From a virus (lineage: Duplodnaviria; Heunggongvirae; Uroviricota; Caudoviricetes), in IMG/VR virus record IMGVR_UViG_2698536395_000003: a stretch of DNA of 7,511 bases; one strand, written 5' to 3'. The notes under the pieces were generated by a model. The model saw only the letters and a program-made list of their open reading frames with translations, was not told the origin of the DNA and searched no databases. The translations under genes were made by a program, and so were the position numbers. Of this stretch, positions 1 through 6,038 are shown one piece after another. Numbering within the stretch: the stretch's first letter is position 1; every line of letters begins with the position of its first letter.

Positions 1-66
1 AGGGGATTTTCCCTCGTTTTGAGGGATCTCCCTCATTTTAGGGGAACCTCCCTCGTTTTGAGGGAT
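1..66. repeat. Origin-of-replication iterons (lambda ori-type): three complete direct repeats of about 17 bp (10-26, 29-45, 49-65) plus a partial copy at 1-9
   Basis: Direct repeats tccctcgttttgaggga / tccctcattttagggga / tccctcgttttgaggga at 19-20 bp spacing, each an internal inverted repeat, located inside the O coding sequence. This matches the known lambda O-binding iteron architecture. Confidence 0.8.
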
Positions 67-414
67 GCACCATTCTGAGATGTTTTTATTTGGTCCAAAC
101 ATGCCGCCTTGCTGCTTGATAATATTCATTCTGACGAGTTCTAACTTGGCTTCATTGCACCGTTTGACAGGTAACTTTGTAATCTCGCTAAGTTGAGAAT
201 CGGTGATTCTGTCCATTGGTTTATTCCACCCATAGGTTTTACGCAGAATGGCAAGCAGCACTTTAAACTGTCGCTTGGTCAGATCTGCGCCTGAATAAGC
301 CTCAATCAGCATATTTGATAGTCTGGCGTAACCATCATCGAGATCTGCCACATTACGCTCCTGTTCGGCAAAGTTACCTCTGCCGAAGTTGAGTATTTTT
401 GCTGTATTTGTCAT
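1..414 (-). CDS. O: Replication initiator protein O (lambda-type), N-terminal portion; the CDS continues beyond the window start
   Basis: Minus-strand translation from the ATG at 414 reads MTNTAKILNFGRGNFAGQERNVADLDDGYARLSNMLLEAYSGADLTKRQFKVLLAILRKTYGWNKPMDRITDSQLSEITKLPVKRCNEAKLELVRMNIIKQQGGMFGPNKNISEWCIPQNEG..., which I recognise as lambda O. The frame is open to position 1, so the six-frame track does not list it. The coding sequence contains the ori iterons, as in lambda. Confidence 0.85.
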   Translation of the reverse strand, partial: MTNTAKILNFGRGNFAEQERNVADLDDGYARLSNMLIEAYSGADLTKRQFKVLLAILRKTYGWNKPMDRITDSQLSEITKLPVKRCNEAKLELVRMNIIKQQGGMFGPNKNISEWCIPQNEGGSPKMREIPQNEGKSP

Positions 415-423
415 AATGACTCC

Positions 424-501
424 TGTGGATTGATCCAGTAATTCCCTCAGAATTGCATATCAATTTGCTTAGAGTCCCCGGCGGCCACCGGGGATTTTTT
501 C
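424..501 (+). ncRNA. oop: oop-like antisense RNA, antisense to the 3' end of the cII-family gene; candidate promoter -35 ttgagt (389-394) and -10 cataat (412-417); intrinsic terminator hairpin 476-493 followed by a T-tract
   Basis: Plus-strand hairpin ccccgg-cggcca-ccgggg followed by attttttc lies inside the minus-strand cII coding region. A sigma70-like promoter with 17-bp spacer sits upstream at the O start. The position and organisation match lambda OOP RNA. Exact ends are inferred. Confidence 0.5.
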
Positions 502-743
502 TTTGTGATTTCATCAAGCGCATACTTAAAAGCCCTGCTAATCGGACTGATGTCTGATGCCATTCCGAAAGCACACAAGACCGAAGCAATAAATCTCCAG
601 TCCGTTCTGCTTATCTTCGATTCATGACAGCCAATCATCTTTGCCAGACCGCGCTGGGTAAGCGTTGACAGGTTGATGAGTAAATCTGTTTCTGCGCGAT
701 CAATTTCTCGCTGTGTTAGCTTGCTGTAACTTGCTTGTGCCAT
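447..743 (-). CDS. cII: cII-family transcriptional activator (lambda cII / P22 C1 homologue), 98 aa
   Basis: ORF with C-terminal tail ...KKKSPVAAGDSKQIDMQF resembling the lambda CII C-terminus (...KKRPAATERSEQIQMEF). It sits between cro and O. The oop terminator overlaps its 3' end and a TTGC-N6-TTGC box overlaps its 5' end. Confidence 0.8.
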   Translation of the reverse strand: MAQASYSKLTQREIDRAETDLLINLSTLTQRGLAKMIGCHESKISRTDWRFIASVLCAFGMASDISPISRAFKYALDEITKKKSPVAAGDSKQIDMQF

Positions 744-760
744 TTGTTAATTTTCCTATA
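715..760 (+). promoter_or_regulatory. PRE-like cII-dependent promoter with the CII box TTGC-N6-TTGC at 721-734, directed toward cro (antisense) and c2
   Basis: ttgctgtaacttgc at 721-734 on the plus strand is exactly TTGC-N6-TTGC. It overlaps the start of the cII-family gene as in lambda PRE. The -10 element is not confidently placed. Confidence 0.5.
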
Positions 761-799
761 TTGATATATAGCGGCACACCCAGTGGATTTGCCGCTGAT

Positions 800-846
800 G
801 TTTGCTCACCCGGTTAGAGGTGAAAGGCCAGAACTGTTAAAGAGCA
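800..846 (-). promoter_or_regulatory. nutR: boxA (834-846, minus-strand sequence tgctctttaacag) and a boxB hairpin (about 803-823) with loop CUAACC
   Basis: Minus-strand boxA-like gctctttaaca lies about 10 nt upstream of a hairpin uucaccu-CUAACC-gggugag. The same boxA core and identical loop occur at nutL. Located between cro and cII, as for nutR. Confidence 0.55.
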
Positions 847-852
847 ATTTAC

Positions 853-1038
853 TTATGCCGCTTGGCGGTAAGCACTTTCTTGATACTTCAGGGCGCCAGC
901 TGTAACGATTTCCAATCGATAGGCGTCTTTCTCTGGGATAACTTCTTTCCACTGAGAGACTGCTGCATCGCTAATGCCTAGTGCTTTAGCAACAGCACGC
1001 TGGGTTCCGAAGTGGTCAATAACATCTTTTTTGTACAT
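853..1038 (-). CDS. cro: Cro repressor, P22-type, 61 aa
   Basis: MYKKDVIDHFGTQRAVAKALGISDAAVSQWKEVIPEKDAYRLEIVTAGALKYQESAYRQAA matches my recollection of phage P22 Cro almost exactly. A GGAG ribosome-binding site precedes the start on the minus strand. Confidence 0.93.
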   Translation of the reverse strand: MYKKDVIDHFGTQRAVAKALGISDAAVSQWKEVIPEKDAYRLEIVTAGALKYQESAYRQAA

Positions 1039-1118
1039 AGACTCGCTCCGAAATTAAAGAACACTTAAATTATCCACCAAAGGAATCTTAAGTCAAGTTT
1101 ATTTAAGATGTCTTAACT
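1039..1118. promoter_or_regulatory. OR operator region with divergent PR and PRM: three 18-bp sites fitting the P22 c2 operator pattern ANTNAAGNNNNCTTNANT at about 1053-1070, 1076-1093 and 1101-1118; PR on the minus strand with -35 ttgact (1091-1096) and -10 ataatt (1068-1073)
   Basis: attaaagaacacttaaat, accaaaggaatcttaagt and atttaagatgtcttaact each carry the AAG-N4-CTT core. A minus-strand ttgact-17bp-ataatt promoter overlaps the first two sites upstream of cro. The PRM position is inferred and appears to give a leaderless or near-leaderless c2 mRNA. Confidence 0.65.
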
Positions 1119-1769
1119 ATGAATACACAACTGATGGGTGAGCGTATTCGCGCTCGCAGAAAAGAACTCAAGATTAGGCAGGCTGCCCTTGGCAAGATGG
1201 TTGGCGTGTCTAATGTTGCTATTTCCCAATGGGAGCGATCTGAAACTGAGCCCAATGGCGAAAACCTATTGGCCTTAGCCAAGGCTTTGCAGTGCTCCCC
1301 TGATTACCTGTTGAAAGGAGAGGATAGTCTTTCAAACATTGCCTATCACAGCAGGCATGATCCAAGAGGTTCGTATCCTCTAATTAGTTGGGTAAGCGCA
1401 GGATGTTGGATGGAAGCTGTAGAGCCATATCATAGGCGTGCAATAGATAACTGGTACGACACAACGGTAGATTGTTCTGAAGACTCTTTTTGGCTCGACG
1501 TTAAAGGTGATTCAATGACTGCCCCGGCAGGACTGAGTATTCCTGAAGGGATGATTATTCTCGTCGACCCAGAAGTCGAACCACGTAATGGAAAGCTGGT
1601 AGTCGCCAAACTTGAAGGAGAAAACGAGGCGACATTCAAAAAGTTAGTTATTGATGCCGGTAGAAAATTCCTGAAACCACTCAATCCACAATACCCAATG
1701 ATTGAAATCAATGGGAACTGTAAAATCATTGGCGTTGTCGTTGATGCCAAGCTAGCAAACCTTCCTTAA
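1119..1769 (+). CDS. c2: c2 repressor (P22-type CI-family immunity repressor with HTH N-domain and LexA/S24-like C-terminal autocleavage domain), 216 aa
   Basis: MNTQLMGERIRARRKELKIRQAALGKMVGVSNVAISQWERSETEPNGENLLALAKALQCSPDYLLKG... is recognised as P22 C2. The C-terminal domain carries the GDSM serine motif and the conserved lysine region typical of self-cleaving repressors. Confidence 0.95.
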   Translation: MNTQLMGERIRARRKELKIRQAALGKMVGVSNVAISQWERSETEPNGENLLALAKALQCSPDYLLKGEDSLSNIAYHSRHDPRGSYPLISWVSAGCWMEAVEPYHRRAIDNWYDTTVDCSEDSFWLDVKGDSMTAPAGLSIPEGMIILVDPEVEPRNGKLVVAKLEGENEATFKKLVIDAGRKFLKPLNPQYPMIEINGNCKIIGVVVDAKLANLP

Positions 1770-1791
1770 GGGGCTTTCGCCCCTTTTTTAT
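1768..1791 (+). terminator. Rho-independent terminator downstream of c2
   Basis: ggggc-tttc-gcccc hairpin followed immediately by ttttttatt, starting at the c2 stop codon. Confidence 0.6.
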
Positions 1792-1833
1792 TTCCCGTTA
1801 AAAATCAAAGACAAACTAAATTCGCGCCCATAA

Positions 1834-1895
1834 AATTAAGTTTTCTTCAAAAATGCACTTGACCAAAAAATTAAGAGGTCTTAATTTTAAGCCGT
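1834..1895 (+). promoter_or_regulatory. OL/PL: operator sites at 1834-1851 (aattaagttttcttcaaa) and 1869-1886 (aattaagaggtcttaatt); PL -35 ttgacc (1859-1864) and -10 taattt (1882-1887)
   Basis: Both 18-bp sites match the ANTNAAGNNNNCTTNANT pattern found at OR. The second is a near-perfect palindrome overlapping the spacer and -10 of a ttgacc-17bp-taattt promoter pointing toward N. Confidence 0.65.
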
Positions 1896-1932
1896 CAGCA
1901 GGAGGCTGGAAGCCAAACGGAACAGATTGGCA

Positions 1933-1973
1933 GGCTCTTTAACATCGACGAACTCTCAACCTAACCGTTGAGA
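1933..1973 (+). promoter_or_regulatory. nutL: boxA ggctctttaaca (1933-1944) and boxB hairpin tctcaac-CTAACC-gttgaga (1954-1973)
   Basis: BoxA-like element 9 nt upstream of a 7-bp-stem hairpin with a 6-nt loop, in the PL leader upstream of N. Same boxA core and same loop as the nutR candidate. Confidence 0.65.
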
Positions 1974-2083
1974 CCAGAACTTGAGTGGTTTTGGGGATGG
2001 CGCGAATTGCAGCTGCAAGACAGCGATCGAGAAGATAAGCACCTCGACGCGTCATGCGCCAAAGCCACTTAAAGGAGACCATC

Positions 2084-2389
2084 ATGGTAACCATTGTCTG
2101 GAAAGAATCCAAAGGTACGGCAAAAAGCCGCTACAAAGCTCGCAGAGCAGAACTTATTGCCGAGCGACGCAGTAATGAAGCACTGGCGCGAAAAATTGCG
2201 CTAAAGCTCTCTGGTTGCGTCAGAGCAGACAAAGCAGCATCACTAGGAAGCCTTTGCTGCAAGAAGAAAGAAGAAGTTGTTCGAAAAAATAGAAGTATTT
2301 ATTACAAGGATTCAAACCCATTAGGAAACAAAATACATGCAGTCCAAAAAATAAAATTGTACAGTAAACTACCGTACGGTGCTTATTGA
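2084..2389 (+). CDS. N: N transcription antitermination protein, phage-21-type arginine-rich motif
   Basis: From the ATG at 2084 (preceded by aaggag at 2071-2076) the product begins MVTIVWKESKGTAKSRYKARRAELIAERR...; GTAKSRYKARRAELIAERR is the phage 21 N arginine-rich boxB-binding motif. The track ORF 2054-2389 is the same frame from an upstream ATG without a ribosome-binding site. Confidence 0.85.
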   Translation: MVTIVWKESKGTAKSRYKARRAELIAERRSNEALARKIALKLSGCVRADKAASLGSLCCKKKEEVVRKNRSIYYKDSNPLGNKIHAVQKIKLYSKLPYGAY

Positions 2390-2391
2390 GT

Positions 2392-2730
2392 ATGCTTATG
2401 GTGAAAAAGACTATTTATGTTAATCCTGACCGCGGACAAAACAGAAAAGTATCTGATAGAGGTCTTACATCTCGAGACAGGAGGAGAATAGCGAGATGGG
2501 AAAAGAGGATAGCATATGCATTAAAAAACGGTGTAACACCTGGATTTAATGCTATAGATGACGGTCCTGAATATAAGATTAATGAAGACCCAATGGACAA
2601 AGTTGACAAAGCATTAGCAACACCATTTCCTCGCGATGTCGAAAAAATTGAAGATGAAAAATATGAGGATGTAATGCACAGAGTTGTTAATCACGCTCAC
2701 CAACGAAATCCAAATAAAAAATGGTCATAG
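2392..2730 (+). CDS. Hypothetical protein (about 112 aa) immediately downstream of and overlapping the N stop; arginine-rich basic N-terminal half and acidic C-terminal half; function unknown
   Basis: Open frame from TTG 2386 / ATG 2392 / ATG 2398 to the stop at 2728-2730, whose start region overlaps the N stop codon (2387-2389). Followed directly by an intrinsic terminator. Product MLMVKKTIYVNPDRGQNRKVSDRGLTSRDRRRIARWEKRIAYALKNG...EKIEDEKYEDVMHRVVNHAHQRNPNKKWS is not recognisable to me. The start codon is uncertain. Confidence 0.55.
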   Translation: MLMVKKTIYVNPDRGQNRKVSDRGLTSRDRRRIARWEKRIAYALKNGVTPGFNAIDDGPEYKINEDPMDKVDKALATPFPRDVEKIEDEKYEDVMHRVVNHAHQRNPNKKWS

Positions 2731-2753
2731 CCCACTTCGGTGGGTTTTTTATT
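2731..2753 (+). terminator. Rho-independent terminator (tL1-like position)
   Basis: cccac-ttcg-gtggg hairpin followed by ttttttatt immediately after the stop codon at 2728-2730. Confidence 0.65.
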
Positions 2754-2863
2754 GGCTGAACTAACCTAATTTATTACAGCAAGCCACGCAGTGAAATGGG
2801 TGTGACTTGTGTTGGTCGCCAGAAAATGAAATTAGGCAGCAAACCACTTATTTGAGGTGAGAT

Positions 2864-3334
2864 ATGACAAAATCATGGAGCGTACCTTTTCCTGAATCAG
2901 AAACTGAACATGATGGAATGCCTGTTTTCTGGAGATTCCAGGCGACAGTTGAAGAAGATGGGATAAAAATATTCGCACTTCAATATATAGCTTTTCATCA
3001 GACAGAGCATTATGCATGGTTGGTTCCTGCGCATTGGATTGTTAATTTTAAACCAGCACCAAATCAGTGGTTACAGGAATGGAAACAAAGGAGAAATAGA
3101 TATGCAATTAAGAAAGTAGCAAAAAATGCAGAAAGATCTTTTGCATTCCCAACGAAGAAACTTGCTATTGAAAGTTTATTGCGCCGGAAGAAATACCATT
3201 TAATGAGAATAAAACAAGATTTGGCTGTTGTATCAACTCTTGTTGATGGGATGAAAAATATTGATACATCAACACCAGATATTGAATATAACTTTGGACA
3301 CAACCAAGAAACAGAAAATTGGGTATTTTATTAG
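2864..3334 (+). CDS. Hypothetical protein, 156 aa, in the AT-rich island; function unknown
   Basis: ORF with a good ribosome-binding site (gaggtga 6-8 nt upstream of ATG 2864) and a long open frame in AT-rich DNA. Product MTKSWSVPFPESETEHDGMPVFWRFQ...KQRRNRYAIKKVAKNAER...LLRRKKYHLMRIKQ... has an aromatic-rich N-terminal part and basic central patches. No homologue recognised. Confidence 0.6.
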   Translation: MTKSWSVPFPESETEHDGMPVFWRFQATVEEDGIKIFALQYIAFHQTEHYAWLVPAHWIVNFKPAPNQWLQEWKQRRNRYAIKKVAKNAERSFAFPTKKLAIESLLRRKKYHLMRIKQDLAVVSTLVDGMKNIDTSTPDIEYNFGHNQETENWVFY

Positions 3335-3438
3335 TACGAGTAAGCACTGTGTATTCATTCCAACGAGTGAATACACGGAGCAATGTCGCTCGTAACTAAA
3401 CAGGAGCCGACTTGTTCTGATTATTGGAAATCTTCTTT

Positions 3439-3465
3439 GCCCTCTAATGTGAGGGCGATTTTTTT
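3439..3465 (+). terminator. Rho-independent terminator upstream of ea10
   Basis: gccctc-taatgt-gagggc hairpin followed by gatttttttc. Confidence 0.6.
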
Positions 3466-3483
3466 CTGTGAGGATATGAACAG

Positions 3484-3852
3484 ATGTCAAACATCAAAAA
3501 ATACATCATTGATTACGACTGGAAAACATCAATAGAAATTGAAATCGACCATGACTTAATGACAGAGGAAAAACTTCACCAGATTAATAATTTCTGGTCA
3601 GACTCTGAATACCGACTCAATAAACACGGCTCTGTATTAAATGCTGTATTAATCATGCTGGCGCAACATGCTCTGCTTATAGCAATTTCAAGCGACTTAA
3701 ATGCATATGGTGTTGTGTGTGAGTTCGACTGGAATGATGGAAATGGTCAGGAAGGATGGCCTCCAATGGATGGTAGCGAAGGAATAAGAATTACCGATAT
3801 CGATACATCAGGAATATTTGATCCAGATGATATGACTATCAAAGCCGCCTGA
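3484..3852 (+). CDS. ea10: Ea10-like early protein (lambda ea10 homologue), 122 aa
   Basis: 122-aa ORF with ribosome-binding site gagga upstream, ending 72 nt before cIII. The size and the spacing to cIII match my recollection of lambda ea10. Product MSNIKKYIIDYDWKTSIEIEIDHDLMTEEKLHQINNFWSDSEYRLNKHG.... The identification is from memory and should be confirmed by alignment. Confidence 0.7.
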   Translation: MSNIKKYIIDYDWKTSIEIEIDHDLMTEEKLHQINNFWSDSEYRLNKHGSVLNAVLIMLAQHALLIAISSDLNAYGVVCEFDWNDGNGQEGWPPMDGSEGIRITDIDTSGIFDPDDMTIKAA

Positions 3853-3924
3853 GCGCGGCGTTACCGCATACCAATTACGCTTCACTCGAGGCGTTTTTCG
3901 TTATGTATAAATAAGGAGCACACC

Positions 3925-4089
3925 ATGCAATATGCCATTGCAGGGTGGCCTGTTGCTGGCTGCCCTTCCGAATCTTTACTTGAACGAATTACCCGTAAAT
4001 TACGTGACGGATGGAAACGCCTTATCGACATACTTAATCAGCCAGGAGTCCCGAAAAATGGATCAAACAATTATGGCTATCCAGACTAA
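3925..4089 (+). CDS. cIII: CIII protein (protects CII from FtsH/HflB), 54 aa
   Basis: ATG at 3925 preceded by aaggag; translation [54 protein letters not shown] matches lambda CIII. It is absent from the ORF track because it is shorter than 60 aa. Confidence 0.9.
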   Translation: MQYAIAGWPVAGCPSESLLERITRKLRDGWKRLIDILNQPGVPKNGSNNYGYPD

Positions 4090-4222
4090 ATTCACTATCG
4101 CCACTTTTATTGGCGATGAAAAGATGTTTCGTGAGGCCGTCGACGCTTATAAAAAATGGATATTAATACAGAAACTGAGATCAAGCAAAAGCATTCACTA
4201 CCCCCCTTTCCTGTTTTCCTAA
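4058..4222 (+). CDS. kil: Kil (FtsZ-inhibiting host-killing peptide), 54 aa here
   Basis: ATG at 4058 preceded by aggag; [54 protein letters not shown] matches lambda Kil and overlaps the 3' end of cIII as in lambda. The track ORF 3932-4222 is this frame extended upstream. Confidence 0.8.
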   Translation: MDQTIMAIQTKFTIATFIGDEKMFREAVDAYKKWILIQKLRSSKSIHYPPFLFS

Positions 4223-4276
4223 TCAGCCTGGCATTTCGCGGGCGATATTTTCACAGCCATTTTCAGGAGTTCAGCC

Positions 4277-4573
4277 ATGAACGCTTATTACATTCAGGAT
4301 CGTCTTGAGGCTCAGAGCTGGGCGCGTCACTACCAGCAGATCGCCCGTGAAGAGAAAGAGGCAGAACTGGCAGACGACATGGAAAAAGGCCTGCCCCAGC
4401 ACCTGTTTGAATCGCTATGCATCGATCATTTGCAACGCCACGGGGCCAGCAAAAAAGCCATTACCCGTGCGTTTGATGACGATGTTGAGTTTCAGGAACG
4501 CATGGCAGAACACATCCGGTACATGGTTGAAACCATTGCTCACCACCAGGTTGATATTGATTCAGAGGTATAA
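4277..4573 (+). CDS. gam: Gam (RecBCD inhibitor), short GamS form, 98 aa
   Basis: [60 protein letters not shown]...[10 protein letters not shown] is recognised as lambda Gam. Ribosome-binding site aggag 7 nt upstream. Confidence 0.95.
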   Translation: MNAYYIQDRLEAQSWARHYQQIAREEKEAELADDMEKGLPQHLFESLCIDHLQRHGASKKAITRAFDDDVEFQERMAEHIRYMVETIAHHQVDIDSEV

Positions 4574-4578
4574 AACGG

Positions 4579-5364
4579 ATGAGTACAGCACTCGCAACGC
4601 TGGCTGGGAAGCTGGCTGAACGTGTCGGCATGGATTCTGTCGACCCACAGGAACTGATCACCACTCTTCGCCAGACGGCATTTAAAGGTGATGCCAGCGA
4701 TGCGCAGTTCATCGCATTGCTGATCGTCGCCAACCAGTACGGCCTTAATCCGTGGACGAAAGAAATTTACGCCTTCCCTGATAAGCAGAACGGCATCGTT
4801 CCGGTGGTGGGCGTTGATGGCTGGTCCCGCATCATCAACGAAAACCAGCAGTTTGATGGCATGGACTTTGAGCAGGACAATGAATCCTGCACATGCCGGA
4901 TTTACCGCAAGGACCGTAATCATCCGATCTGCGTTACCGAGTGGATGGATGAATGCCGCCGCGAACCATTCAAAACCCGCGAAGGCAGAGAAATCACGGG
5001 GCCGTGGCAGTCGCATCCCAAACGGATGTTACGTCATAAAGCCATGATTCAGTGTGCCCGTCTCGCCTTCGGATTTGCTGGTATCTATGACAAGGATGAA
5101 GCCGAGCGCATTGTCGAAAATACCGCATACACTGCAGAACGTCAGCCGGAACGCGACATCACTCCGGTTAACGATGAAACCATGCAGGAAATTAACACTC
5201 TGCTGATCGCCCTGGATAAAACATGGGATGACGACTTATTGCCGCTCTGTTCCCAGATATTTCGCCGCGACATTCGTGCATCGTCAGAACTGACACAGGC
5301 CGAAGCAGTAAAAGCTCTTGGATTCCTGAAACAAAAAGCCACTGAACAGAAGGTGGCAGCATGA
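4579..5364 (+). CDS. bet: Bet (Red-beta single-strand annealing recombinase), 261 aa
   Basis: [85 protein letters not shown]... matches lambda Bet over its full length. Confidence 0.97.
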   Translation: MSTALATLAGKLAERVGMDSVDPQELITTLRQTAFKGDASDAQFIALLIVANQYGLNPWTKEIYAFPDKQNGIVPVVGVDGWSRIINENQQFDGMDFEQDNESCTCRIYRKDRNHPICVTEWMDECRREPFKTREGREITGPWQSHPKRMLRHKAMIQCARLAFGFAGIYDKDEAERIVENTAYTAERQPERDITPVNDETMQEINTLLIALDKTWDDDLLPLCSQIFRRDIRASSELTQAEAVKALGFLKQKATEQKVAA

Positions 5365-6038
5365 CACCGGACATTATCCTGCAGCGTACTGGGATCGACG
5401 TGAGAGCTGTCGAACAGGGAGATGATGCGTGGCACAAATTACGGCTCGGCGTCATCACAGCTTCAGAAATTCACAACGTAATAGCAAAACCCCGATCAGG
5501 AAAGAAGTGGCCTGACATGAAAATGTCCTACTTCCACACCCTGCTGGCTGAGGTTTGCACCGGTGTGGCTCCGGAAGTTAACGCTAAGGCTCTGGCCTGG
5601 GGAAAACAGTACGAGAACGACGCCAGAACCCTCTTTGAGTTCACTTCCGGCGTGAATGTTACTGAATCCCCGATCATCTATCGCGACGAAAGTATGCGCA
5701 CCGCCTGCTCTCCCGATGGTTTATGCAGTGACGGCAACGGCCTTGAGCTGAAATGCCCGTTTACCTCCCGGGATTTCATGAAGTTCCGGCTCGGTGGTTT
5801 CGAGGCCATAAAATCGGCTTACATGGCCCAGGTGCAGTACAGCATGTGGGTGACACGAAAAGATGCCTGGTACTTTGCCAACTATGACCCGCGCATGAAG
5901 CGTGAAGGCCTGCATTATGTCGTGATTGAGCGGAATGAAAAGTACATGGCGAGTTTTGACGAGATGGTGCCGGAGTTCATCGAAAAAATGGACGAGGCAC
6001 TGGCTGAAATTGGTTTTGTATATGGGGAGCAATGGTAA
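5361..6038 (+). CDS. exo: Exo (Red-alpha 5'-3' exonuclease), 225 aa
   Basis: [36 protein letters not shown]... matches lambda exonuclease. Its start overlaps the bet stop (ATGA). Confidence 0.97.
   Translation: MTPDIILQRTGIDVRAVEQGDDAWHKLRLGVITASEIHNVIAKPRSGKKWPDMKMSYFHTLLAEVCTGVAPEVNAKALAWGKQYENDARTLFEFTSGVNVTESPIIYRDESMRTACSPDGLCSDGNGLELKCPFTSRDFMKFRLGGFEAIKSAYMAQVQYSMWVTRKDAWYFANYDPRMKREGLHYVVIERNEKYMASFDEMVPEFIEKMDEALAEIGFVYGEQW

Noticed and set aside
1-66. Possibility that the short direct repeats are a CRISPR array
   Set aside because: The repeats are about 17 bp with only 2-3 bp spacers, lie inside the O coding sequence and match lambda ori iteron architecture. There is no repeat-spacer structure.
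374-589. Minus-strand 71-aa ORF spanning the O start and cII 3' end
   Set aside because: It is out of frame with both O and cII and covers the oop terminator region, so it is an overlap artefact.
1430-1750. Minus-strand 106-aa ORF inside c2
   Set aside because: It is an antisense shadow within the c2 repressor gene.
2054-2083. Upstream extension of N from the ATG at 2054
   Set aside because: The ATG at 2084 has a canonical aaggag ribosome-binding site and yields the N-terminus expected for a phage-21-type N. The 2054 start has no ribosome-binding site.
1981-2175. Track ORF of 64 aa overlapping nutL and the start of N
   Set aside because: It lies in a different frame across the nut site and N leader, has no ribosome-binding site, and the region is accounted for by nutL and N.
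2415-3490. Short minus-strand ORFs in the AT-rich island (2415-2609, 2832-3017, 3064-3303, 3165-3383, 3269-3490)
   Set aside because: Each is shorter than and overlaps the plus-strand ORFs, which have better ribosome-binding sites and fit the PL transcription direction. Their products are low-complexity and typical of AT-rich antisense frames. A minus-strand gene here cannot be fully excluded without expression data.
3853-3900. Possible terminator upstream of cIII (gccgc...gcggc and cgc...gcg ttttt)
   Set aside because: The stems are short and the first hairpin is not followed by a T-tract. Too weak to call without folding energies.
3932-4057. N-terminal part of the 96-aa track ORF 3932-4222
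   Set aside because: This stretch is an out-of-frame overlap of cIII. The true kil start is the ATG at 4058 with its own ribosome-binding site.
4305-5047. Plus-strand alternative-frame ORFs inside gam and bet (4305-4619, 4814-5047)
   Set aside because: They are wholly embedded in confidently identified gam and bet coding sequence, so they are frame shadows.
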